64,000 bases of DNA from Pseudomonadota bacterium (GTDB taxonomy: Bacteria > Pseudomonadota > Gammaproteobacteria > Acidiferrobacterales > UBA6901), in NCBI GenBank assembly GCA_027364845.1, contig DAHXOO010000008.1, forward strand, positions 121-64,120, read 5' to 3'. This document shows positions 1-9,697 of this stretch, piece by piece. The stretch's first letter is position 1. Each line of letters opens with the position of its first letter. The position numbers and the translations under genes are program-made. A model generated the notes under the pieces. It was not told the origin of the DNA, did no database searches, and saw only the letters and a program-made list of their open reading frames with translations.

Positions 1-1
1 C

Positions 2-721
2 GTTGAAATCGGCCCCGGGAAGGGGGCACTTACATACGCGTTGTTGGAGCGCACCGGGACCTTGCATGCGGTCGAGCTCGACCGCGATCTGGTTTCATAT
101 CTGCAGGAGGCATTTCCGCAGCGACTGGACGTCCATCAGGCTGACGCCCTGAGGTTCGATTTCTGCCAGCTGGCTCAGGCCGGAAAGCGGCTACGGCTCA
201 TCGGCAATTTGCCGTATAACATTTCCACGCCCCTGCTTTTTCATCTGCTGGACACCTGCCCCTGCATACAGGACATGCTATTCATGCTGCAGAAGGAGGT
301 CGTGGATCGCATGGCCGCGGAACCAGGAAGCGGCGACTATGGACGTTTGAGCGTGATGGTTCAATGGCGCTGCCGTGTCGAGCGCTTGTTCCACGTGCCG
401 GCCGACGCATTCTCGCCCCCTCCACGGGTGGAATCGGCGGTGGTTCGACTGACGCCATACGAACAGACCCCGGTGGCAGTAGACGATCCCGGGCGCTTTC
501 GGCAAATCGTGCTCGCGGCCTTCGCCCAGCGCCGCAAGGTTCTGCGCAATAGCGTAGGCAGTCTGGTGTCGCCGGAGCTGATCGAGCAGGCGGGAATCGA
601 CCCTGCCCGACGCGCAGAAACGCTGAGCCTCGCGGAGTTTGCGGCGCTCGCAAACATGGTGGCCCGCGCTGGTGCCGGGCATTCCACGGACACGAATGGA
701 CAGCCCCAAGACCGCGGCTAA
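2..721 (+). CDS. rsmA: 16S rRNA (adenine-N6)-dimethyltransferase RsmA/KsgA, 5' end cut by window edge
   Basis: The frame is open from nt 2 (VEIGPGKGALT SAM-binding loop lies before the listed TTG at 41). GNLPYNISTPLLFHLL motif present. Stop at 719-721. Confidence 0.9.
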   Translation, partial: VEIGPGKGALTYALLERTGTLHAVELDRDLVSYLQEAFPQRLDVHQADALRFDFCQLAQAGKRLRLIGNLPYNISTPLLFHLLDTCPCIQDMLFMLQKEVVDRMAAEPGSGDYGRLSVMVQWRCRVERLFHVPADAFSPPPRVESAVVRLTPYEQTPVAVDDPGRFRQIVLAAFAQRRKVLRNSVGSLVSPELIEQAGIDPARRAETLSLAEFAALANMVARAGAGHSTDTNGQPQDRG

Positions 722-1482
722 GCGACTTCGCCCTGATTGGGACCGCCGTCAGCCACGCCAGGGTGCTGTTCCAGATTGGCCATGGCTTGCCGCATCCACT
801 GTTCCGCGATGTCCCGAATCTGCGTTGCGGACTTGCCCTGACTATCGATGACCGGCCCGATGACAACCTGGATCGTGCCAGGCCGCTTGATGAACCCGTG
901 CCGCGGCCAGAACGAGCCCGCATTGTGCGCCACGGGCACCACGGGATAACCTGTCTCGGCTGCAAGTACGGAGCCCCCGATCGCGTGTCGCTTGTTCTGC
1001 CCCGGTCCCAAACGTGTCCCCTCCGGGAACACCACGACCCAGCGACCGCTTTTCAGACGGTTGCGGCCCTGTTTGACGATTTGTTCGAGTGCGCGCGCGC
1101 CACCACCCCGGTCAATGGCGATCGGCTGCATCAGCGCGAGCCCCCAGCCAAAAAAAGGAATCAGCAGCAGCTCGCGTTTGAGTACCCAGACCTGGGGCGG
1201 AAAAATGGCCTGAAAGGCCAGGGTTTCCCACGAAGACTGGTGTTTTGCCAGGATTATAGCCGGGCTGCCCGGGAGGTTCTCCTTCCCTTCGACCCGATAG
1301 GTCAGATTGCACACAACCTTCAGCAGCCAAATCTGCAGTCGCGCCCAGAGGCTTATGAGTCGGTACCGTGTGAGCCCCGAAAAAGGAACTGTGAACAAGC
1401 TGAAAAAGGAAAAGACAACGACTGTGGTGAACATGAGGATATTGAACAGCAGCGAGCGCAGCGCGCGCATGTCAGCGCTCAA
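718..1482 (-). CDS. plsC: 1-acyl-sn-glycerol-3-phosphate acyltransferase
   Basis: 254 aa with an N-terminal TM segment. Acyltransferase blocks AKHQSSWE and FPEGTR. Located next to gmhB-glyS as in Pseudomonas. Confidence 0.85.
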   Translation of the reverse strand: MSADMRALRSLLFNILMFTTVVVFSFFSLFTVPFSGLTRYRLISLWARLQIWLLKVVCNLTYRVEGKENLPGSPAIILAKHQSSWETLAFQAIFPPQVWVLKRELLLIPFFGWGLALMQPIAIDRGGGARALEQIVKQGRNRLKSGRWVVVFPEGTRLGPGQNKRHAIGGSVLAAETGYPVVPVAHNAGSFWPRHGFIKRPGTIQVVIGPVIDSQGKSATQIRDIAEQWMRQAMANLEQHPGVADGGPNQGEVA

Positions 1483-1999
1483 CCCGCCCCGAGATCAGGG
1501 CATCGACGAAGTCCCCGAGACTGTCGAAATCCACCTCCTGACCGGGCGCCAGCACACCGGAACCACCCAGCAACACCGCTTGCGCGCCGGCCGCCCTCGC
1601 CGCTGCCGCTTCGTCCACGGTTGCGCACGCCGCATAGGCCGACGACAGATTGATCTTGAGCCGTTCGGCGATCTCCTCATACAAGCCAGGTGACGGCGGC
1701 CGGCAGTGGCAACCCGCATCCGCGGCGTGGGGGCAAACAAAAACCGCATCGACTTGTCCGCCCTTGTTGCGGATCGACTCCAGCATGCGCACATGGATGC
1801 GGTTGAGGGTCTCCATCCGCGGAGCGCCGCCCGCCACCCCCGGCTGTACGGTCGTTACCAACGCCCGGTAACCTTCACGTTGCAGGCGCGCCAGTGCCTC
1901 CAGGCTGCCCGGCAACGGCACCCAGTCATCCGGCTGCCGAACACCGTTGACCGGAACCCTGTTGATGACACCATCGCGGCTGAGGATAACGAATTTCAT
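1472..1999 (-). CDS. gmhB: GmhB-family HAD protein (positional ortholog of D,D-heptose 1,7-bisphosphate phosphatase) with degenerate catalytic motifs
   Basis: 175 aa. The GmhB Cys cluster CPHAADAGCHCRPPSPGL is retained and the gene sits between plsC and glyS. Motif I reads LSRDGV rather than DxDGT. Confidence 0.7.
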   Translation of the reverse strand: MKFVILSRDGVINRVPVNGVRQPDDWVPLPGSLEALARLQREGYRALVTTVQPGVAGGAPRMETLNRIHVRMLESIRNKGGQVDAVFVCPHAADAGCHCRPPSPGLYEEIAERLKINLSSAYAACATVDEAAAARAAGAQAVLLGGSGVLAPGQEVDFDSLGDFVDALISGRVER

Positions 2000-2230
2000 T
2001 CGATCACACCCCGGCCGGTGTGACCACGCGGCCGCACACTACCGGGGCACCAAGTGCGGGTTCTACCCCGAGATTTACTGACAAGATCACCACTGGCATC
2101 GCGAGAAAGCTGCTGCGGCATCTACCCAGAGCGAAGCGGGACCGGGACAGACACGGCCACTTCTGCTTGATGTATGGGCGCCGCTCTTCCGCATCATTGC
2201 GCTATCCTTGTGGGAAGATAGATCCGTCAC

Positions 2231-2560
2231 CTAGTCACGGAATTCCGAAACACGGACACGACCGTTGATCATTCGGCCCTGGCGTGACTCAAGCTTGTCC
2301 ATTTTTTCCCAGAAAGCCTTGCGCAGGTCGAATCCGGCGCTGATCGCCGTGCCCAAAACCAGAATGAACAGGTCCGCCACCTCCTCTGCGAGAGCCTCGG
2401 TACTCTTGCCCTTGGTGACGCACGCGGAAACTTCACCCAGCTCTTCTGCCATAAGCGCAACGCGGTAAACGAGCTCCTCGCCACCGCTGTCGCGAAACTT
2501 GTGCTTGTCGTGGAAAGACTGGACCGCCGCAAGCATATCCTGATACGAATCCGGATTCAT
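2231..2560 (-). CDS. MazG-like nucleotide pyrophosphohydrolase domain protein
   Basis: 109 aa all-helical protein. EELGEV and EEVADL acidic metal-binding motifs are typical of small MazG/NTP-PPase proteins. Confidence 0.6.
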   Translation of the reverse strand: MNPDSYQDMLAAVQSFHDKHKFRDSGGEELVYRVALMAEELGEVSACVTKGKSTEALAEEVADLFILVLGTAISAGFDLRKAFWEKMDKLESRQGRMINGRVRVSEFRD

Positions 2561-2597
2561 CGCATTTCACCTTACCTTTTGTTCAGCCTCATCCACG

Positions 2598-4817
2598 TTA
2601 TCGGGCCTGCAGCTTCGAAATATCCGCAGCGCCGAGAAACAGGCCGCTAAGTTCGCTCAGTAGCGCGAGGCGATTGTCACGGATACGTACGTCTTCGACC
2701 ATGACCATTACCTGATCGAAGAATTCGTCGACTGCGGTACGCAGCCCCGCCAATCGTTTGAGTGCCGCAGCGAAGTCACCGCGCCCGATCAGATCTTCAA
2801 CTTGCGATCGAAGCGACGCGATCTGTTGCGCCAGTCTCTGTTCCGCGTTTTCAGTCAGCAGCGCCACATCGGCGTGGCCAATGGGGCCGGTACCAGCCTG
2901 GCGGAGGATGTTGCGGATACGCTTGTTTGCGCTCGCCAAAGCCTCAGCCTCTGGCAGACACCGAAAGGCCTGCAAGGCTTCGAGGCGCGGAATCACTTGG
3001 TCGAAACGCGTCGGTCCAAGACTAAGAACGGCGTCGATCTCGTCCGGAAGGAACCCCTTGTCGCGCAGATACGGTTTGAGTCGCTCGAGCAGAAAGCCGT
3101 AGAGATCCTGCACCACGCCTTCGGAAAGGATATCAGGGTCGAAATAGCCACGCGCGAGCGCAAGCAGTTCTCCCAGATCGAGCGCGAGCGAACGCTCCGC
3201 CAGAATGCGCACGACGCCCAGCGCCTGCCGCCGCAAGCCGAATGGGTCTTTGTCGCCGGTAGGGACGAGCCCCACACCGTAGATACCGATCAGGGTGTCG
3301 AGTTTATCCGCCAGCGCCAGACACACCCCGGCCAGCGTGGGCGGCAAACGGTCTCCCGAGAAGCGCGGTGAATAGTGCCCGCGGATCGCCCATTCGACGC
3401 TGCTTGGCTCGCCGTCATGCCGGGCGTAATCGGCGCCCATATAACCCTGTAATTCAGGAAACTCCCCGACCATTTCGGTCAACAGGTCGGCCTTGCACAG
3501 ATGAGCCGCACGTTCGACGTCACGCCTGTCTGCGTCCGACATTCCCATGCGTCCGGCAATCTCGCCTGCCAGCTTTTCGAGGCGGCGTACGCGCTCGATC
3601 TGGCTGCCAAGCTTGTTTTGATACACCACATTGGCGAGCTTTGGCACACGGTCTTCGAGTCTGGTCTTCCTATCCTGCTCGTAGAAGAACCTGGCGTCGC
3701 TCAGACGGGCCCGCAGCACCCGCTCATTACCTTGGATGATGTGCTTCGGCGTACGCGTCTCCATGTTACTCACCACTAGGAACCGCGGCAGCATTCCGCC
3801 AGCCGCCTGTCCATGGACCAGCGGAAAATATCTCTGGTGGTGTTGCATGCTCAACGCAAGGCAGGGAATGGGGACGTTCAGGAAATCCGGATCGAACTGG
3901 CCTGCATATACGGCGGGCCACTCTACCAGAGCGGCGACCTCATCAAGCAGCACGGCATTATTTCGAATGACCTCCTCTGCCGCAAATCCCCACTCCTCGC
4001 CCGGAAATTGCACCATCTTTCCGTCCGCACCCAGCACCAGGGCACCTTTTCTCACTTTTCCGGCCACTGCGCGCAGCTTGTGCTCGATCTCGCTGCGGCG
4101 TTCCGCGAAGCTGGCGAGAACGCGGCCACTGCGACGCAACGTATCAGCATAGCGTCCGGCGTGCAGAATAGTCAGCTTGCCGCGGCTCAGGAAACGATGT
4201 CCGACGGTCACGTTTCCGCTCCGTAATCCGAAGACCTCGCCCGCGACGACGCGCGCGCCATGCATCATCACAAGGCCATGCACCGGCCGTACGAATTGGA
4301 CCTCACCACTGCCCCAGCGCATGAGCCTGGCAACCGGCAGTTTTCCAAGGCCCGCTTCGACGATGGCACCCAAATGCCGTGCCAACGGTTCACCTTTCTG
4401 TTTCGAGCGATACACGAAGTATTCGCCTTTTTCGCCGCTGTGCCGTTCAAGGCTGTCGGGATCGACGCCGCACGACTTGGCAAACCCGCTGAGTGCTGGC
4501 GTAGGTTTTCCCGCCGAGTCGTAGCCAGCACCGACCGGGGGGCCACGGCGCTCGACGACACGATCCGGTTGCCGCCCGAGCACGCCGGTCGCAAGCACTG
4601 CCAGGCGCCGCGGGGTTGCAAAAACCTTATGCGTGCTGTCAGCCTGCAGAAGGGCATAATGCCCGAGACCGTCCATCACGGCGGCCGCAAACGCCTCCGC
4701 AAGCCGCTGGAGGGATTTTGGGGGAAGCTCCTCGGTGAGGAGCTCGACGAGCAGGGTATCGCTGGTCTGCCTCACGGGGGTGTGCCGTCCCTTCGCCTTC
4801 GCAGATCTTCGGACCAT
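2598..4817 (-). CDS. glyS: glycine--tRNA ligase beta subunit
   Basis: 739 aa. N-terminal LLVELLTEELPPK signature. Lies immediately downstream of glyQ (4-nt gap). Confidence 0.95.
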   Translation of the reverse strand: MVRRSAKAKGRHTPVRQTSDTLLVELLTEELPPKSLQRLAEAFAAAVMDGLGHYALLQADSTHKVFATPRRLAVLATGVLGRQPDRVVERRGPPVGAGYDSAGKPTPALSGFAKSCGVDPDSLERHSGEKGEYFVYRSKQKGEPLARHLGAIVEAGLGKLPVARLMRWGSGEVQFVRPVHGLVMMHGARVVAGEVFGLRSGNVTVGHRFLSRGKLTILHAGRYADTLRRSGRVLASFAERRSEIEHKLRAVAGKVRKGALVLGADGKMVQFPGEEWGFAAEEVIRNNAVLLDEVAALVEWPAVYAGQFDPDFLNVPIPCLALSMQHHQRYFPLVHGQAAGGMLPRFLVVSNMETRTPKHIIQGNERVLRARLSDARFFYEQDRKTRLEDRVPKLANVVYQNKLGSQIERVRRLEKLAGEIAGRMGMSDADRRDVERAAHLCKADLLTEMVGEFPELQGYMGADYARHDGEPSSVEWAIRGHYSPRFSGDRLPPTLAGVCLALADKLDTLIGIYGVGLVPTGDKDPFGLRRQALGVVRILAERSLALDLGELLALARGYFDPDILSEGVVQDLYGFLLERLKPYLRDKGFLPDEIDAVLSLGPTRFDQVIPRLEALQAFRCLPEAEALASANKRIRNILRQAGTGPIGHADVALLTENAEQRLAQQIASLRSQVEDLIGRGDFAAALKRLAGLRTAVDEFFDQVMVMVEDVRIRDNRLALLSELSGLFLGAADISKLQAR

Positions 4818-4820
4818 GGA

Positions 4821-5774
4821 TTATTTCTGCCGTGCCTGCTTCAACAGTGGAAAACCGAGCGCCTGGCGCGAATTGAAATAGCTCTGAGCTACAAGACGCG
4901 CCAGCGCACGCACGCGCCCGATATAAGTCGCACGCTCGGTCGTGGAAATGGCGCCGCGCGCGTCCAAAAGGTTGAAAGTATGTGAGCATCGTATGACCAT
5001 CTCGAACCCGGGCAACGGAAGCTTCTCCACCATCAGGCGCTTGGCCTCGGCCTCGTAGTCATTGAACTGCTGAAACAGCCAATTGACGTTGCTGTGCTCG
5101 AAGTTGTAGCGTGACTGCTCGACCTCGTTCTGGTGGTACACGTCACCATAGCTGACACCGTCTGTCCATTCGATGTCATAGACACTGTCGACACCCTGGA
5201 GGTACATCGCAAGGCGCTCCAGGCCGTAGGTGATCTCACCGAGCACCGGCTTGCATGGCAGGCTACCAACCTCCTGGAAATAGGTGAACTGCGTCACCTC
5301 CATGCCGTCCAGCCACACCTCCCAGCCCAGGCCCCAGGCGCCCAGCGTGGGCGACTCCCAGTCATCTTCCACAAACCGGATATCATGCAGCTGGGTATCA
5401 ATACCGAGTTTCCTCAGCGACCCCAGATACAGATCCTGGATATCATCTGGGGATGGCTTAAGTACCACCTGGAACTGATAGTAGTGCTGCAGCCGATTTG
5501 GATTGTCACCATAGCGGCCATCCTTCGGACGCCGTGACGGCTGAACATATCCGGCCCGCCATGGCTCCGGTCCCAATGCCCGCAAAAATGTCGCGGTATG
5601 GAACGTTCCGGCCCCCATCTCCATGTCGTAGGGCTGGAGAATGACGCAACCTTGATCGGCCCAGTAACGTTGCAGGGCAAGTATGAGATCCTGAAAGTTC
5701 AGAATTTGGCCTTTGCTGATTGTATTAACAGCTTGAACAGCAGGATTATAACCTGTCGGCAGCTGCGGGTGCAT
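4821..5774 (-). CDS. glyQ: glycine--tRNA ligase alpha subunit
   Basis: 317 aa. [17 protein letters not shown] and later blocks are collinear with E. coli GlyQ. Confidence 0.95.
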   Translation of the reverse strand: MHPQLPTGYNPAVQAVNTISKGQILNFQDLILALQRYWADQGCVILQPYDMEMGAGTFHTATFLRALGPEPWRAGYVQPSRRPKDGRYGDNPNRLQHYYQFQVVLKPSPDDIQDLYLGSLRKLGIDTQLHDIRFVEDDWESPTLGAWGLGWEVWLDGMEVTQFTYFQEVGSLPCKPVLGEITYGLERLAMYLQGVDSVYDIEWTDGVSYGDVYHQNEVEQSRYNFEHSNVNWLFQQFNDYEAEAKRLMVEKLPLPGFEMVIRCSHTFNLLDARGAISTTERATYIGRVRALARLVAQSYFNSRQALGFPLLKQARQK

Positions 5775-5795
5775 GGATGTGCGGATCGCATGGGC

Positions 5796-6632
5796 CTAAA
5801 TCGTGCGTGAAGTCCTGGCAGGCAGATCTTCGGCCGGGACGGGAGTTGCGGGCTTGGTCAAATGCTCCGCCTTCATCCCCGGGGCCTGGATTTCCTGTGG
5901 ACCCCGATATAGGCGCACCAGCTCGCTGAATATCTTCCGGGAGTGATGCAGAAAGAACGCACCACGGCGCGCCGGGTTGTTCCGGACTGGGCTTGGCAAT
6001 GACGCCGCGAGCTCGGCGGCCTGCGCCAAAGAAAGCTGTGATACCGGTATTCCCCAATAGGCTTGGGACGCGGCCTCGACCCCGTATATGCCACGCCCGA
6101 ATTCGGCCGTGTTGAGATAGATTTCCAGTATCCGGTGCTTTGCCAAATGATGCACCAGTCCCCAAGTAAGCAGCACTTCATTCCCTTTGCGCAGCAATGT
6201 GCGTGACGGTGTCAGAAACAGGTTCTTCGCGGTCTGCTGCGAAATCGTGCTGGCGCCATAGACGATGCGTCCCTTCTGGAGATTGTATTCGAACGCATCG
6301 CGGATGGCGGCAAAATCAAGTCCGTCATCCTCATAATAAAAACGGCTATCCTCAGCGACAATGACCGCACGCTGCAGGTATGCGGGGATCTCCCACAAAG
6401 GTACCGGGTCCCAGCGCAAGCGCGGCCAGTGGTTCGTTGCCCGCACCGACAGATAGTGCCGGATAAAGCGCGTTTCGGGGACTGGACCATGGCCCAGTCG
6501 CTGCCAGTTTGGCCAGAGGCTGGCCAGATAAATCAGATCGGCGGCCACAAATAGCAGGAGGATACGCAATGTCCAATGGAATGCGCGCACCAGCCACGTC
6601 AACCCGCGTTTTGTTCGTCTTGCGCTAGCCAT
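5796..6632 (-). CDS. mtgA: monofunctional biosynthetic peptidoglycan transglycosylase
   Basis: N-terminal TM helix. GT51 motifs EDSRFYYEDDG and GASTISQQTAKNLFL. Confidence 0.9.
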   Translation of the reverse strand: MASARRTKRGLTWLVRAFHWTLRILLLFVAADLIYLASLWPNWQRLGHGPVPETRFIRHYLSVRATNHWPRLRWDPVPLWEIPAYLQRAVIVAEDSRFYYEDDGLDFAAIRDAFEYNLQKGRIVYGASTISQQTAKNLFLTPSRTLLRKGNEVLLTWGLVHHLAKHRILEIYLNTAEFGRGIYGVEAASQAYWGIPVSQLSLAQAAELAASLPSPVRNNPARRGAFFLHHSRKIFSELVRLYRGPQEIQAPGMKAEHLTKPATPVPAEDLPARTSRTI

Positions 6633-7245
6633 CTTTGACTTCCGGTTATTGCCGAAAGGCCATTGTTCGGATCATTTCCATGGTGCGTTTGCCTCGCACC
6701 TTCTGGCATCCGGGTCCAGAGTGTAAGTATACCAGTACGTCCCGCCGCGCAGGTTCGAAGGCGCAAATCATCGGGAGCCAGGCGCCCGGCCAGTCCAAAT
6801 CCGGGGTAATTGGAATTTGTATCATTCGGGGTCTGCCCGGGGAACAAGATTGGACAGATACTGCGAATTCGCTTATGGTTCCTGCCCAGGTTTCACTGGG
6901 GTTAGTGAAACCAGACCCGAACTAGAGGGGAGGAACCGGACCCGCAGGTAACCCCGTACCAAGCATCATCCTGACTGCCGAGTCCGATACGGGGCCTTTC
7001 CTGTTCCCATGGCGCGCATTTTGCCCGATACCCGCGCTAAAAACCTAGATTTTCACAGCTGTTCACCGGGAACGTGCGATGCGCCGGCTCGGAAGCCGTA
7101 AATGCCTCGGTCGAGGCTAAATAGTTTAAAATCTTCGGCGATTCGATGAATGACACCGGGCGCCCATGCAGCCGGCATTTCGGGGCCGTGATTTCTTGGC
7201 GCAACCTTAGTTAATAAGTATTTGAGAAATTCCGCAAACACTGCG

Positions 7246-8289
7246 ATGAACCAAGCACGCAAGGCAGTGGCGCTGATATCCGGCGGCCTCGATTCGCTGC
7301 TCGCCGCACGACTGATGCTGGACCAGGGCATCCATGTCGAGGGGATCAATTTCTATACCGGTTTCTGCGTCGAAGGACATACGCACGCGATCCGCGATCG
7401 TCGCCGGGCGAAGCCTAGACGCAACAATGCACTTTGGGCAGCCGAACAGCTCGGCATCAGGCTTCACATGATTGAAGTCGTCGAAGAATACAAAGCAGTA
7501 GTCATCAACCCCAAGCACGGGTACGGAGCAAACCTAAATCCTTGCCTGGACTGCAAGGGATTCATGGTCGGCAAAGCCCACGGCTGGATGGAGACGCACG
7601 GCTTCGATTTCATTATCACGGGCGAGGTAATTGGACAACGCCCTATGTCGCAGCGGCGTGACACCATGCCGGTGGTCGCAAGAGAGTCCGGTGCATTCGA
7701 TCGCCTACTGCGGCCCTTATGCGCCCAGCTTCTGGCCCCGACCTTGCCGGAACGTGAGGGCTGGATTGACCGGAACAAACTGCTTGCGCTGAACGGCCGT
7801 AACCGCAAGCCGCAGATCGCGTTGGCGGAAAGCTACGGATTCCGCGACTATGCGCAGCCGGCCGGTGGCTGCTGTTTTCTGACCGATGCCAACTATTCCA
7901 ATAAGCTGTCGGATCTCTGGGCAACACGCGGTGACAAGCACTATGAACTCGATGACATCATGCTGCTCAAGGTCGGGCGGCATATGCGCCCGCGACCGAA
8001 TTTCAAGCTCATCGTTGGGCGCGAAGAAGGCGAAAACAAATACCTGAGTGGATATCGCAACCGTTTCGTACACATGGCTGCGACAAGCCACCACGGGCCA
8101 TTGGCATTGGTCGAAGGCCAGCCCACAGAGGCGGATATAGAGCTCGCGGCACGTCTCACCGCGCGCTTCGGCCAAGGGCGTCATGCCGATAAGGTGACCG
8201 TAGAAGTGACCGATCCACGCGGCGGATCGAGGCTGCTCGAGGTTGCGCCGCTTCCCAGTAATGAGATCCCATCGAATTGGTATCTTTGA
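7246..8289 (+). CDS. ThiI-like PP-loop ATP pyrophosphatase (no THUMP or rhodanese domain)
   Basis: SGGLDS PP-loop. PCLDCKGFM...ITGEVIGQRPMSQ block is collinear with the ThiI adenylation domain. The ATG at 7246 is chosen over the listed TTG at 7222. Its stop overlaps the tusA start (TGATG). Confidence 0.75.
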   Translation: MNQARKAVALISGGLDSLLAARLMLDQGIHVEGINFYTGFCVEGHTHAIRDRRRAKPRRNNALWAAEQLGIRLHMIEVVEEYKAVVINPKHGYGANLNPCLDCKGFMVGKAHGWMETHGFDFIITGEVIGQRPMSQRRDTMPVVARESGAFDRLLRPLCAQLLAPTLPEREGWIDRNKLLALNGRNRKPQIALAESYGFRDYAQPAGGCCFLTDANYSNKLSDLWATRGDKHYELDDIMLLKVGRHMRPRPNFKLIVGREEGENKYLSGYRNRFVHMAATSHHGPLALVEGQPTEADIELAARLTARFGQGRHADKVTVEVTDPRGGSRLLEVAPLPSNEIPSNWYL

Positions 8290-8531
8290 TGAATCGATAT
8301 CAGCTCGATGCCCGCAATCTGCTATGCCCGATGCCGGTTATCCGCACCCAGAACAGGATGTGTGAGTTGCACGCCGGCGACGTCCTAGAAGTACACTGCA
8401 CCGATCCTGGTGCGCTTCAGGACATTCCCGCTTGGTGTCGGATCAGCGGGCACGATGTACTCGACAGTCGTATCCAGGATGGCGATGTCATCGTGATCAT
8501 CCGGGCCGGTGGGCCGGCAGGACCACAATGA
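8289..8531 (+). CDS. tusA: TusA/SirA-family sulfur carrier protein
   Basis: 80 aa with the LLCPMPVIRT (CPxP) active-site motif. The start overlaps the upstream stop. Confidence 0.85.
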   Translation: MNRYQLDARNLLCPMPVIRTQNRMCELHAGDVLEVHCTDPGALQDIPAWCRISGHDVLDSRIQDGDVIVIIRAGGPAGPQ

Positions 8532-9697
8532 GCAACGGCACTGGCCCGAATCTGCTGGATAACACCGATCCGGCGCGTTATCAGGCGAGCCGGCGCGTCA
8601 CCTTTGTCAGTCTCGCGACAAACACGTTTCTGGCTCTGGGCCAGGTCGTTATCGGCTTCGTTGGCCGCTCACAAGGTCTGGTCGCAGACGGATTTCACAC
8701 GCTTTCCGACCTCACAACCGATACCCTGGTGCTGTTTGCGTTAACGCATAGCTTCAAGGCGGCAGACGAAGAGCACCCATACGGCCATGCCCGCATCGAA
8801 ACAGCGGTAACGGTTGCGTTGGGCGCAGTACTGCTGCTAGTTGCCGTCAGTATCGCGGTACGAGCCAGCTTACGCCTGCTGAGCGGGCCGGTGCTTGCTC
8901 CACCGTCCTCGCTTACGCTATGGGCATCGGGCCTGACGATCCTTCTGAAGGAAGGACTGTACCGCTATACCGAGCATACAGCGCGGCGCTTTTCATCCGA
9001 ACTTTTGCATGCGAATGCCTGGCACCACCGCAGTGACGCGATATCCTCGATAATGGTTTTCATCGGCATTGCTGGCAGCATCGGCGGCATCCATTATATG
9101 GATTCGCTGGCCGCAATCGGCGTGGCGCTTTTTGTCGGCAGGGTCGGTGTCAAGCTCGGCTGGCCAGCCTTGAGCGAGCTAATCGACACTGGACTGGATG
9201 CCGATCAGCTGCAGCGCATTCGCACCGCGATTCTCGGGGTGAGCGGCGTCAAGATGCTGCACCTGCTGCGCACGCGCCGGCTGGGCGGGCGTGGGTTAGT
9301 CGATGTCCATCTCATCGTCGATGACGCGATCAGCGTATCCGAGGGCCATCAGATCAGCGAGGCGGTACGTATAAAGCTGATCAATGAAATCGCTGGGATT
9401 GCGGACGTGATGGTCCACATCGATGCCGAGGACGACACGGCGCGATCGCCGTCATCGCAACTTCCGTTGCGGGACCAAGTGCTCACGCGACTGAACCAAT
9501 ATTTCGAACATATTGAGGCAGCGCGCCGCATCGAGCGCGTAACCTTGCACTATCTGGACGGACAGATTTGCGTGGAACTGATCATCCCGCTCAGCGCAGC
9601 TGCGGATTGCATTGAAGCTGCAAACCTCTCGGCGCAATTACAGGATGCGGTCAGGCATGATTCTGACATTGCCAGGTTAGTGGTCTATTATCATTGA
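8528..9697 (+). CDS. cation diffusion facilitator (CDF) family transporter
   Basis: Six predicted TM segments. HTLSDLTTD and HHRSDAISS metal-site motifs plus a cytoplasmic C-terminal domain. The ATG at 8528 overlaps the tusA stop (ATGA). Confidence 0.85.
   Translation: MSNGTGPNLLDNTDPARYQASRRVTFVSLATNTFLALGQVVIGFVGRSQGLVADGFHTLSDLTTDTLVLFALTHSFKAADEEHPYGHARIETAVTVALGAVLLLVAVSIAVRASLRLLSGPVLAPPSSLTLWASGLTILLKEGLYRYTEHTARRFSSELLHANAWHHRSDAISSIMVFIGIAGSIGGIHYMDSLAAIGVALFVGRVGVKLGWPALSELIDTGLDADQLQRIRTAILGVSGVKMLHLLRTRRLGGRGLVDVHLIVDDAISVSEGHQISEAVRIKLINEIAGIADVMVHIDAEDDTARSPSSQLPLRDQVLTRLNQYFEHIEAARRIERVTLHYLDGQICVELIIPLSAAADCIEAANLSAQLQDAVRHDSDIARLVVYYH

Noticed and set aside
6936-6994. Resemblance of ACCGGAC...CCCGTACC...CCTGAC to the guanidine-III (ykkC-III) riboswitch.
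   Set aside because: Spacing and helices do not match the roughly 41-nt consensus as I recall it, and the downstream genes are not guanidine exporters or carboxylases. It is kept only as an unclassified structured element.
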